A DNA stretch of 64,000 bases, from positions 70,122,001 through 70,186,000 of the forward strand of contig OX597818.1 in the NCBI GenBank assembly GCA_951406725.2, read 5' to 3'. Positions 39,746 through 52,564 of the stretch are shown in pieces (the first letter of the stretch is position 1; the number at the start of each line of letters is the position of its first letter). Below the pieces are notes generated by a model. It was not told the DNA's origin, ran no database searches, and worked only from the letters and a program-made list of their open reading frames with translations. This stretch comes from Octopus vulgaris. Its lineage: Eukaryota. Position numbers and translations under genes: made by a program.

Positions 39746-40366
39746 GATATTAAATACATACACACACAGTAAATATTAGCTGAACAGGCTGATACAAAGA
39801 GGAAAAAGCAAGCACATTCTTTCATAGATATATAGTTGCCTTAGCAACAGTACAAGGCCTGACTGGCTGATAAGTTTTCTGAATATTAAAACAAGAAATT
39901 TTTTTAACAGAACAAAATTAGTTTTAGAGAGAAATGGAACTTCAGTAACCAGGTAACAGACACATGATAAAAGTCTTTGACACCTGAAGATATAAATATG
40001 TATATATATATATATGTGTGGGTATATTAATAAAGTGGAAGTGAATATGACACGGTACATGTATATTTAATCACTGAAATATCTCTACCTTGTTGGATTA
40101 CATTATACATCATCATCATCATCATAATTGGTTTACCTCTACTTCTTATGCTGGTATGGGTTTGATGAGTTGCCATAGTCAGAGGTAAAATGTTCATTTC
40201 AGAGGTTACTGTTCAGTCAGACTGGATCAAAAACCACATCCCTCTTGTATGTTTCCTTTTTGTCTGAGGTTCTATGGCCAGATGTCCTTCCTAATATCCC
40301 CAATGGCACCACACATCTGTTCTACGACAAGATGGAATATTATCAGCCATATACTATGTGCATATA

Positions 40367-40740
40367 TCATCATCATCATCGTTTAACGTCCACTTTCCAT
40401 GCTGTCATGGGTTGGACGATTTTGACTGTGGGCTGGCGAACCAGATGACTGCACCAGGCTCCAATCTTGATCTGGCAAAATTTCTACAGCTGGATGCCCT
40501 TCCTAACGCCAACCACTCCGAGAGTGTAATGGGTGCTTTTTACGTGCCGCTGGCATGGGGGCCAGTCAGGTGGTACTGGCAATGACCTCGTTCAAATCTT
40601 TTTACACATGCCACCAGCACAGGTGCCATTAAGGCGACGCTGGTAACGATCACGCTCGAATGGTGCCCTTACATGCCACCAGCACGGAAGCCAGTCAGCT
40701 GCTCTGGCAACGATCACACTTGGATGGTGCTCTTGGCACC
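40367..40740 (-). mobile_element. RTE LINE 3' UTR fragment
   Basis: (CAT)n tail, 'ggatgcccttcctaacgccaaccactccgagagtg' and three ~60-66 bp subrepeats; matches 54000-54346. Confidence 0.9.
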
Positions 40741-41084
40741 CTACTCTATATATATATACATATACACATATAGCCCTAGGGCTGCTTGTGCCCACAGGGG
40801 AAAAGCTGAATTTCAGCATTCTTATGGGTATAATTATTTTCAAAAATTTCCACTCAGAGTAAAAACCTGTCAATGTTGTGATAAAGTGTTTCTTTTATTG
40901 GCAAAAGTTTTATTTGTCATTCGATGGATAAAATTGCAAAAACACTTTTGCCATCCTGGAGCAAAATCCAAAATCATGACCAAAAGACAATAATTGTGAT
41001 CTGACTTTCATTAAATTTCTTGATATTTATACAAAATTATTAAATGACAGGGACTTTTCATTGGTTACAAGGATGGGGGTGGGG

Positions 41085-41305
41085 GTTCCAGTTGATCCAA
41101 TCAATGGAACAGCCTGTTTGTGGAATTAACACACAAGGGGCTGAATACTCCACAGACATGTGTACCCTTAATCTGATTCTCAGAGAGATTCAGTGAGATA
41201 TAGAATGGGACAAGGCTGACCCCTTTTGAATTACACATACAACTCCTTTTTTGCCATTTGAGTGGATTGGAGCAATGGGAAATGAAGGGCCTTGCTCAAG
41301 GACAA
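41085..41305 (-). mobile_element. SINE family B fragment
   Basis: 'ggttccagttgatccaatcaatggaacagcc...ctccacagacatg...cttgctcaaggaca', colinear with 6310-6530. Confidence 0.75.
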
Positions 41306-42129
41306 CGAATGCAAGTTTTCAAAAGAAAACTATTAATTCCTTTAAAATAGAATTAAATAAAAAAAAAAAGCATACAAATTCCTTCTTAATGCCATCTGAC
41401 AGAACAACATTTATTTCCCATTTGTGTAACTCTTCCAATAAGCACTCTGTCATTTACTTCCTCCATCTCTATGATTCTTTCACTGTGTGTGTGTGTGTGT
41501 GTGTGTGTTTTGTAGCATTGTTTTTTTTACTTCTTGTGTGACACCAAGCCTAGTATGTGCACTTATCTTGCACCCCTTATGTTCACTCTCTTTTTCTCTC
41601 TCCCTATATACTATAAAGTGTGACTGAAGAACAAACCAACCAACCAACCAACCAGCCAGCAAGCCGTTTGCATCAGATATTGTTATATAGAGAGAAACTG
41701 ACTCAAAGATCTCAAACATATGACATGGTTGCTCAAATCATGTAACAGTGAGGTCACCAAATAACGTACAAGACAAGATCCCTCAACTGGTGGGGTGGGG
41801 TGGGGGTTAGTTTTGAGGGAAGTAGCTTTGTGCCAGGGGATGAGAGGTTAGGGTATGGGTAGAGGGACGAAACTAGATGTCTTGCTGTAGAAGAGATACA
41901 TGCCTACCTCAGTAGGGAGTTGGGGAGGAGAAGGGGGAGATGTGACAAGAGATGAGACACTTCAAGTTACAGGGAGGTGTATATAAGGTAAGTAGACCCA
42001 AGGATTGGACAGGTGGAGTGAATGATGTGATGTTAGGAAGGTGGGTTGTTTGAGAGAGATTTGAAAGGGACTGCTTGTGTGCACGGCCATGAAAAATAAC
42101 AACATGCCTTCATGGCCCTGATTTTACTT

Positions 42130-42365
42130 AGCTGGAAGGGTTTTCTCAAGAACAGCAAATAATCACCGTTTACTTCAGTCCTGTGTCATCTTCTTTGTGA
42201 AGCACAACTTCTGAAAACCCTTTTTCAACATTGTCACATGTCTTCCTGAGTTTTCCTTTTCCACAAATTCCCTCCACATTTAGCGATCAACACTTTTTAT
42301 GCAGCTGTCTTCATCCATATGCATCACATGACCATACCAACACAGTCCCCTTCCTTGCACACTCC
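42130..42365 (-). mobile_element. Old RTE ORF2 C-terminal remnant
   Basis: Minus frame VQGRGLCWYGHVMHMDED, homologous to VQERRLHWYGNVVRMDED at about 53490-53550. Confidence 0.6.
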
Positions 42366-42552
42366 ACTTTTTTTGTCCTACAACAATCAGCTCTGAAAGT
42401 ATCATCATCATCATCATCATTTAAGGTCCACTTTCCATGCTAGCATGGGTTGGATGATTTGGCTGAGGTTTGGCAAACCAGACCTCATATATGTATATGT
42501 GTTTGTTTGTGTGTATGTATATATATATATATATATATATAGTATATCATGA

Positions 42553-42583
<31 letters not shown>

Positions 42584-42591
42584 GTATATTA

Positions 42592-42660
<69 letters not shown>

Positions 42661-42797
42661 TATTATATACATATATATATAGTATATTATACATACATAT
42701 ATTTATATATATAGTATATTATACATGTATATGTATAAATATGTGTATATGTGTACATATGTACACATGTATGTATGCATGTGTGTACAGATATAGG

Positions 42798-42847
<50 letters not shown>

Positions 42848-43303
42848 CACATATATGTGTGCGTGTGTGTGAGTGTATTTTGGGCATCCAAAAGATATAT
42901 ATCTTGAAATATGTGAAGAACAGCAGCAGCAGCAGAACACTAAGGATAGTGAAGCAGTTGGGGAGACCCCAAGACAACCCATTCCTGATGATATTTATTT
43001 GCTTTTTGTTGTGGGTCTAAATGAAGCAACAGCTATCTTTATGTTTAGGGGTTCAAACCCAATCAAGTTTGATTAAATTATGAATTTAAAAACCTCTAAA
43101 GTTTGCTCTGCTTTTTCGTTTTATTGGCAGCGAGAGCATCGTTAGAATACACAACAGCCACACACTCCATCAATTCAATTGAGTGCATCTGTTTCCTGCA
43201 CAATCATGTCTTTGTGCCTTTGTAAGAAAATCAATGCATGTATGTGTCTGAGATTGCACATGTCTACATGCGTATGTGCTTATGTTGTGTATGTGTGTGT
43301 GTG

Positions 43304-43358
<55 letters not shown>

Positions 43359-43476
43359 GAAAGAGACAGACAGAGAGAAGATGCATTGAAGTATGCTCTT
43401 GGCAACTCAGTTCTCCAACAAAGTTCTGATATTTAGAAGTAGATCTCACTCTGTCTTTCTTTCTCCCACATTCACA

Positions 43477-43525
<49 letters not shown>

Positions 43526-45247
43526 CACATAAACACACACAAACATACACTCATGCACACACACAGTGATTGAGTGACTTTATATTGATCTGATTCTTAA
43601 AAACAATATTGCAGATATTGCATTATGAATTGGCTTCATTAAAGTGATTGAGTAATTAGCCATTACTGGGGCAACAACAAATTCTGTGTCTTTTCTTTTT
43701 ATATATATTAGCATTGGTGGACAGTTTTAGTTGGTGCTACAATGGGTATTTTTTTAATGTTTATTTATTTATATATATATTTTTATTTCTTTTTTTTTGT
43801 CCACCCAGATATATATTTCCTGTCATTAACTAATCAGCATTCAATACAAGTGGAACCCGTTTGTCAGCTAAACAGTATAAGGCAAGTAGAGTTATGGAAC
43901 TTGCCTGGGAGCTCCACACAGTCTTGGCTGAGACAACAAAAGGGCTTCTATGGGGTCACTTGATCTGTAAGAAATAACAATCACATCTCCCTCAAAGCAC
44001 ACCCTTTTGCTATAACAAAGAAAAGAAACACTAAAAAATACAGTCCAAGGTACGCAAAAAGTTTGTTACGGCTGGATCTCCATGATCAAGTGCCTGACCA
44101 AGGCTTAAACAACAATAACAACAACAATATTCTTACTTTTAATATTTTAATGTCTGTTGCTTTACTCTGCTTGTCTGTATAATATTAATGTAAAGGTTCA
44201 TGGCCAAGTGATTAAGTGGGTTTAGGATCAGCAAATTATGGGATCGATTCCTTGACTGGGTGACACATTGTGTCCTTCAGCAAGGCCCTCCATTTCACAT
44301 TGCTTCCATCTGCCCAGCTAATATTGAGTACTGACTTAGTGTTAGTGGTGTCCTTTATCTCTCTCTCTCCAGTTGTCAAACCTTCAATGTCACACCAAAT
44401 CAAAGTTAATTAGTTAATTAAGGGATTGAAACCCAGACGTATACAATTCAATTTAACATCATTAAATGTTTTATTTTCTGTTTAGAATGAGTCATTGGTC
44501 TGCCATGAACAATGCATTTCATGCTGTAGCTGACAAAGTGTAATGAGGCAGACACACCGGTCCTACAGTCCAGTAATGTCTTTCGTAATCCATTAGGGGA
44601 TTTTTTACAAATATTCTTAAATTTTGGGGTGGGGGACAAAGCACTTGTTTACTTGTCTGCATGTATGTACATACATACATATGTATGTATGTAAATATAT
44701 ATGTATACACACACACACACACATTTATATATATTATATGTCAAAAACCATTGCCAGCAAAGCTTTTAAGTTACAACCACTTTGCATTTTAATTGAATCA
44801 GTTATATGTGTGTGTGTTTGCAAATGTAAAGATATATATACACTGTGGCAGACAGGCCAGATTGCCAGCTTGCTTGATGGCAAGAGGGCCCCTGCACCAT
44901 TAGAATCCATATATGGGGGGTGGGGGTGGCACGTGAATATCTAAGGGGCCCATCCCCTCAAGTTTGAGAATTTTTTATCTACTCATGGAAGAATGCATTA
45001 TTTCAGTCTGGCTGTGTTTGTAGACAGTCGAAAAGAATACTTTTGACAAAACAAAAAAAAATTTAAATGATAGCATTGTTGTTGCAGGGGCGCCCCTTTA
45101 CTCTCCTGGCAACCAATATTTTTAGACCCAGTCTGCCACTGTATATGTATATATATATATATATGTGTATATATATATAAATTTAGGGTGAATACTTGAT
45201 AAGTGTAAGCACCTGTATACGCCAGCTAGTAGCAGAGGTGAGAGGGT

Positions 45248-45543
45248 ATATGTATCAAATGAAATCAAAAACAGAGCACAAAGGATGTCACGGTACACGT
45301 GTTTCAAGCTTTATTAACGACCTATTCTTAAATCATTGTATAATCAACATAAAGGATGGTTTAAAGCTCTCTTCAGCCACATGCAATTGTTATACCAAAG
45401 ATTTACATCACATTATGAAAAATCCGAAAGGTACATTTAGTGTTACCCATAATGATAGGCATATCGAGTCTCCCTGAGAAAGCTTGAAACACGTGTACCG
45501 GGACATCCTTTCTGTTCTGTATTTGATTTCATTTGATGTATAT
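45248..45543. repeat. 65-bp inverted repeat (45248-45312 / 45479-45543, 6 mismatches), Penelope-like inverted terminus
   Basis: Arms compared directly; each carries the hammerhead 3' half AAAGCTTGAAACACGTGTACCG. The Penelope assignment is inference. Confidence 0.8.
45289..45381 (-). ncRNA. Type I hammerhead ribozyme motif
   Basis: UGUGG-CUGAAGA-GAGCUUUA-(loop)-UAAAGCUU-GAAAC-ACGU-GUA^CCGUG: intact CUGANGA/GAAA/UH core, 8-bp stem II, palindromic stem III (ACACGUGU), and stem I of GG/CC plus G-U wobbles. Confidence 0.7.
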
Positions 45544-45544
45544 A

Positions 45545-45890
45545 AATCAAAATGAAAATCTATGAACATCAATGGAAATTGTAGCTGTGATACCAGTGCC
45601 AGTGGCACATAAGAGAACCATCCGAACGTGGCCGTTGCCAGCACCACCCCAACTGGTACATAAAAAGCACCATCCGATCATGGCCGTTGCCAGCCTCGCC
45701 TGGCCCCGGTGCCGGTGGCACGTAAAAAGCACCCACTACACTCATGGAGTGGTTGGCGTTAGGAAGGGCATCCGGCTGTAGAAACATTGCCAGATCAGAC
45801 TGGGCCTGGTGCAGCCTTCTGACTTCCCAGTTGAACTGTCCAACCCATGCTAGCATGGAAAGCGGACACTAAACGATGATGATGATCATG
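45545..45890 (+). mobile_element. Young RTE LINE 3' UTR fragment
   Basis: Close match to 63135-63622 with fewer subrepeats; ends with the ccatgctagcatgg palindrome and (GAT)n. Confidence 0.9.
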
Positions 45891-48800
45891 ATTATATACA
45901 CACACACATATATGATGGATGTTCCTGTTGAAGATGACATGAATGTTCAACTTTTTTGCCAAACTACCCAAATGATTTTTTATAGTAATTAAATGTATGA
46001 GCTCACTCCCACCATTACTTGTACAGGTGAACAGTGTTCCACACGTCAGGTGTCGGAGAGACCGCAGAACAGCATGAGATGAAGTATTTTGCTCAGGAAC
46101 ACAATGCACCATGTGGACTAGGAATTGAAACCACAATCTCCCAACCATGAATGCAACATGTTAAACACTAGGGCATGTGTCTTCACTATATATATATAAT
46201 GTACATACATACATACACATATACAAGAAAATCTTTGTACATAAAAAAAAAGACATACACATACATTTGTTGCAAGCTAGGTGTAAAGGCTGTTGAATAA
46301 ATATGTAAGCATGATGTTAAATTTTCACACAAATTTCTTGAGATGCTACAACACCCAAACCTTCATTCAAAGCAACTAGTAATAATAATTTTTATACATT
46401 ACCCCCAAAAGAATGAAAAGAGACTTTATGTTGACAGCTGCAAACATTATTTTTGTGGTGCACTGTTTTTATCCGACTTCACTCCACCTGCTATTAATTC
46501 AGTCAACTGGGACCTGAGGTTTGACATGTTTCTTTGAAATGTTCGAGATAAGCGACATTTATTGGAATCAATAAAATATAAATTGGCTGAAGAATGTACA
46601 CTTCTTCATCTTTGTAAATGGCAACCTCATTTCAGCTGTTTCAACAAATAAAATACTCCACTCTCTCTCTCTCTCTCTTTCACTCCCACGCTTTCTGTCT
46701 TGGGAATTCCAACCAAGAGCATATTAAGAGCTATTGTTTTCCTTGAGGGAATGAACAAGTCAAACATTTTCTAAAGATGTGTGCATGTGTGTATGTCTGT
46801 ATACACACACATATACATATATATATATATGTGTGTGTGTACATTTACATCTGTATATGTATGAATGTGTTTGCAGTAGTCTGTATATATTTGTGTAGCA
46901 TTTTACAGAAATCTCAACTCCATATTGAATTTCTTGCCTTATTTTTTTATTTTTATTTGATTGGAATTTTTGTTTGTTTTCTTTTAAGCACAGCCATGTT
47001 TGGGAAAATAGTATTCTCTAAATTTCTTGTTAAATTACAAAATTTTCTTTACAAATAAAGAAAAATATTCAAAATTGTGATGAATAATTAGGAACTCATA
47101 ATTTGCATCGTTAATGAAACTAGTAAACTACCATTGATAGACAATGACTATTTTAATTTAGGCATTGTTGGGATTATTCCACAAGTCTTACTGCCATATA
47201 TGGAAAGCAAAAATATTTTTTTGCTTCGTTATTTAGTGATGGCAGGGGGCTGTTATTTACACATGTCATCTTTGTATCAGAGAACTGCTATATGGTCACT
47301 AACCCTGCTAAAACGAGCAGCAAATGTCCCTCAAATCCCCTAAATAAGAAAAGTATGCCTTGCATACATGTAGAACTACAATTCATACAAAATGACGATG
47401 GTCGTAGCTCTCATAGCAATAATTGTTTTGAAAAGGAAAAGAAAGAGAGAAAGAGAGAAAGATCAACTTCTAAATAACAAAATTATTATGAAATCAAAAG
47501 TGACCCCTGATTGACATTCCATACACAGATTTGGTCAAACATGAGTTCAGTACCATGCAAGTGTCACACCCTTTTCAATCCTTGCACATTCTTTTGGTCC
47601 AAAATAGATCTCACAGATGCTCTGCGATGTATTATTAGCCAAATGAAATTCTGAGGAGATCTGAACAACAGAAGGTTTTTCAGAGGAGAAATTCCATCCC
47701 AGCCAGTGCTTTGGCCCTGAATTTCCCCCTTCAACCATTTGATCCAGCTGGAGGTCAGTCACGTTTCATCTTTCATCCCAGTAACTGCAAACCACTGGTC
47801 TGTCCTTTTTTTTATCCAAAGCTCTCACAGGGCTTCTTTAAGCAGCTTCGGATCTAGAATTCTTTGCCCAACTCTTTATCTATCAATATAGATATATTAA
47901 CTATTTTTACAGGATAAAAAGCAACTTTAAAAAATGTAATCTAAAAATGTCCTCATTTAATGCATCTGTTTTTCAGTCTGTCTTTTGATTTGAGCAAATT
48001 GTTTAATATCTGGAGTTAAATTGGATACAAAAGCAGCAGAGAATTCTTCAAATTTGAATCAATCAATCAATCATGACTTCGTTGCATTTTTTTCTTTTGT
48101 CAGTTTTCTGTTTGTTTGATTTTTTTATGAAGGAAACTGTTTGTTTCCATCTGTACATTGTTCCAAAATAACAGATGTAACTCTGGACAAATCTCTTAGT
48201 TCTGCAGAATGTTCACAGGTTAATGATCAACGGAAATTAATCATGTCAAAACAGTATTTGGAAGTGAGGGAAACTCATTAAATTTCATTTTCAATTATGT
48301 GTTTTCAAGTCAATAAGTTTCCATTTGTAAATTATCAGACATTTTATGTTTTGTCTTTGTTCACAAAGTGGAAATGGATTTATAAATTTGAGTAGACTTA
48401 GTGCAAGCCTGGTTATGTGGTTAAGAAGTTTGCTTCTTAACAACGTGACTTCAAGTTCAGTCCTACTGCACAGCACTTTGGCTGAGTCTCTGGCCAAACA
48501 AAAGCTTTGTGAGTGACTTCAATAACTAGAAACTAGGGGAAACATCGTATGCGAATGTGTGCCACCAGTGTGTCCCGACATGACTCTACACTCAACAAAA
48601 GTTGCACACTACAAGCCCATGCTGCAGTAATTACTTCTCCTGTCAACAAAACACACATTCACTTTACTTCTTTGATGACATAAAAAAGATTCTCTACTTA
48701 AAAGACAGGTAAACTCATTGATAGGAAGGGCACCTGGCTTTAAAAACAATGCTACATTAATATATTCATCTAACCCATGCTAACATTAAAAAAGTGTATG

Positions 48801-49373
48801 CAAAGCAAATGATCAATAAAATGAATAGTTTTCTTTTTTAGCAAAATGGCAAAAATCGATTTTCAAATAACTCTTGCAATGAACCTGATTTAGTTTTCAA
48901 GATATTTTTTAAAGTTTCCACGGTCTTCACTACATTCATTCTATTCTTTTAGATGTAGGATTTGGTGCAAATCTTCATTTTCTGAGAGATGAGCAGTTTT
49001 AATTTCATTTTGAATGTATAAATATTAGTCACTAAGGGAGAAAACAATTAGTTCTTGCCCTGCAGCCCAACCCATGCCAGCATGGAAAACGGACGTTAAT
49101 TGATGATGATGATGATGATGATCTTACATATTTCAATCACTCTGATCATTTGTTACATCAACTACAGATACTAACCAGAATCTACAATTGTTATGTATAA
49201 AAGACAGATTTTATTCAGAGAGTGTTTTTCTCTTCTAGCAAATTATAAACAGTGGTTTTCAGTTTCCAAACTCAATCAAGAACCTAACTTTAAAAAGCCA
49301 GTGCACATCACAATGGTGAACAAGATCAATAGATTCTAAATCAAAGCTTTTCAAGCTTTTTACTTAATACTGT

Positions 49374-49416
<43 letters not shown>

Positions 49417-52400
49417 GAAAATTTAATTTATCTCCAAACAAATTAATTGAATATTCAATCACAAAATCTAGCTAATTAAGGAACGTATAAAAGGATTTAA
49501 GTGAGAAAATGCTCCTTTAATACTTGACTTATGAATTTAATGGAAAGGATGGGTTTGGTGGGCAATGGAGGTCACAAGCATCAGGTTCCGAGTCTGTGAG
49601 TTTGAGCTGTGTTCAAAATGTTTCGTAAATAATACACAGGACTGAACCAAAATTCCACCAAATGCAAACTTTGGAAACGTAGAACAATTGGCTCAACAAC
49701 TTGGGATATTTTAATTAGAAAATTAATTCTCCATCCTGTGGCTTTCTAAGATACTACTTACGCCTGCTAACGTTCACCCAAGAGAAGTCCATAAACCCTG
49801 CTCCAAATCAAATATTCAGTAGTATTTTCAAAATGTTTGTCTGTTCTGTGTTCTTTTTCCTAAATCTATCAACTCTTTCTCATTCAGATTATTCTATTAA
49901 GTGCAATGCTTATTTAGTCGCATTGTTTTATTTTAATCAGGAGATAGGGTTAAGGTTCAGCTCTCCCACGATATGATTGTTTATTTTTAGGGTGACATTG
50001 TTGGATAGAGCTGAGAAGTCTAATCTGGCTGATTTGAGCCACATATTCTAGGTTTAAATGCTACAGGGATAAACCAGTTAACAACCATAAGCATAACATA
50101 TTGCAGTTTTGAAATTTCTTCACACAGTAATTCTTGATGCATAATTTAGTGATATTTTAGTAAAGAACGATCTGTTTAGAATGATACTGGATGTATGATA
50201 GAGAGATATTTTTGTGGAGAAGAACCTAAAAGCTGTAAGTCACTAAGAAACTAAAAGGTTTCCATGAGAAGCCATAGTCCCAATTCCTGATCATTGACTG
50301 AATTTTGTCTGCCCGATGAATACTGATGGATTCACTAAAATGCATTTCTAGATTTTACAAGAATATCTTTCAGATTTACTTTCCCTTCATCAAAGTAACT
50401 GAAGAACAGAAATCTTTTCAAAGATGCTGACATTATCATTAATTCTTTTCACAAGACCATATAACTAGACACTCTCACATAAATCAGTAGATTCATCTGA
50501 TGTTGAACGAGCTTGGAAAAATCCTTTCATTTGTTCAAATACATCATGAAAGGGTTGTTTTGGTGTATCTCAGCTGTTTTCACAGAACAATTTGGTCTGC
50601 ATTTTTTAAATCTGTTTTTTTCTCAGTATTTTTATCACCAAGATTGTTGCATTTATTTAAAGACAAGATCAAACAAAATTTCTTCACCATCACAAAAATG
50701 ACTTCCATTTTTTTTGTTTTTTTGCTCAACTAAATCAATTCTATGAAATACTTCTTTCATCACCTAACTTGGACAACTTCCATCAACTTCTAAATTTTGT
50801 CATTTTTTTTACCTTTTCCTTCACCACGTATTACTCTCCCCACCTCAACACTCTCTCACAATTGTAAATCTCTCCCTTCCATCATATTGTAATTTCTCTC
50901 AACAGCTCACCCAAACTCATCACTCAGCCCCATATTCTTACCTTCAGCAGCAGTGTGGTCCTTTTGTCTTCTGAGTAGGAAATTGATGCCACTTGTGTTA
51001 ATTTTAAGGATTAATTTCATATTAGTGAATTGAACAAAGACAACACAGGATTTGTGTGGTTACGTTAGTCTTGTTGAGAAGGGCAGGATAACTTCCATAG
51101 TGATGGTATCCTGAAAAATTGCACTCAATATTGTAAAGTGGTTAATGCTAGGAAATGCATCCAAAACTGAATCACTGGAGTCAAATATGATCCTTCCACC
51201 CAGAAGAACCTCTCAAATTGTCCAACTTTTGCCAACATAGAAAGCAGACACAAAATGCCAATATTTTTGCTGGAAGTCAGAGTCATGCACAAAACAAGAG
51301 TTCTTTCAAAATGTCTGCTATAAATAAAGATCACTTTTCCTGCTCTTCTTTTGCAATGTGATGGATAAAATAAAAATAAGGCTTAACTTTCAAAAGACTC
51401 AGCACAAGCCTGTAAAAGTGTTCTAGTCATCAGTGAGGGAATGAGGCCAAGGCCTTCCATACAGCAATGTTGTGTGTAAAATGCATGGCAAAAAATTGCA
51501 ATGGACCAACATTGACTGATGTCTTCATAGATTTTTTGCAAACAACTTTCAGCTGCAAGTGCTACCGGTTCAAATGCTTTGTGTACCGGGTGCTACTAAG
51601 TTTATAGGTCATCAAGAGAGAATGCACTGTACCGTTTCTGATCTTCTTGTGTGTCACTTTTATTACACGTTCCATAAGTTAACAGCTCTTTGTAGGGTTT
51701 TCTGTCTTTTTCATCTTTGTTGGGTTTTTTTCTAACTGGTGTTAGAAACAACAGTTAGATCTTCCTCATCTCACAACCTACTGTAAAATAAAAGGGATGG
51801 ACATATTTGATAATTTAGTCTCAGATATACAATGCCTGAAAAAAAAAGACATAATTACACTACCTTTGATCATAGTCTACTCAAACACATTGACCTAGGG
51901 CTATACAGCTTAACAACAACAACAATTTGTCACAGTTACAGAGTTTTCCTCTGTAGTTGTTTACATTTCTTTAATTTTTATTGTGTGTTTAGACTTATTC
52001 TGTTCAGGTTTTAATTTAATTTTGTTTATAACTGTGACATTATGGACTTTATCAAACAGTTTCAGTAAAATTAAAAACAAATATTAAAAAGAAATAAATT
52101 AACAAAACTGAAATTAATATTTTTATCTTTTTAAATTTTGTATGTGTTTGTGTGATATATATATATACATATATAAATCTGCATATGGGAGTGGGGTGTA
52201 CATAGAACAGCTAGTGTAGGTACAGAAGTAACTAGATGTGGATACTAATAACAAATAATATTTTACTTTATTGTATGTGTTGTTTTTCATCTTGCTTTTC
52301 ATAATTAAACCCTGTCTTTGTCTATAAAGCCACAACGGAATCTGTCCCTCACTATTCCTGCCTAATGGCTTAAACATACAGCCACTAACAACATGCTGTA

Positions 52401-52564
52401 TTAAATCCATGCAAAACAGTTTATTAAAAGGGATACCTTTTGTAACATCACCTGAGAAGATGCATCTGCACTGAGGGATGAAACATAACCAGTTGTACAG
52501 CATCCCACCAGCAAAGGGATCGATGAGAGATTGATAACCTAGAGTTATATATGTATATACATAT

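Noticed and set aside
41789-41810. G-quadruplex-like GGTGGGGTGGGGTGGGGG (also about 17604-17630)
   Set aside because: Simple G-rich low-complexity tracts with no contextual evidence of function.
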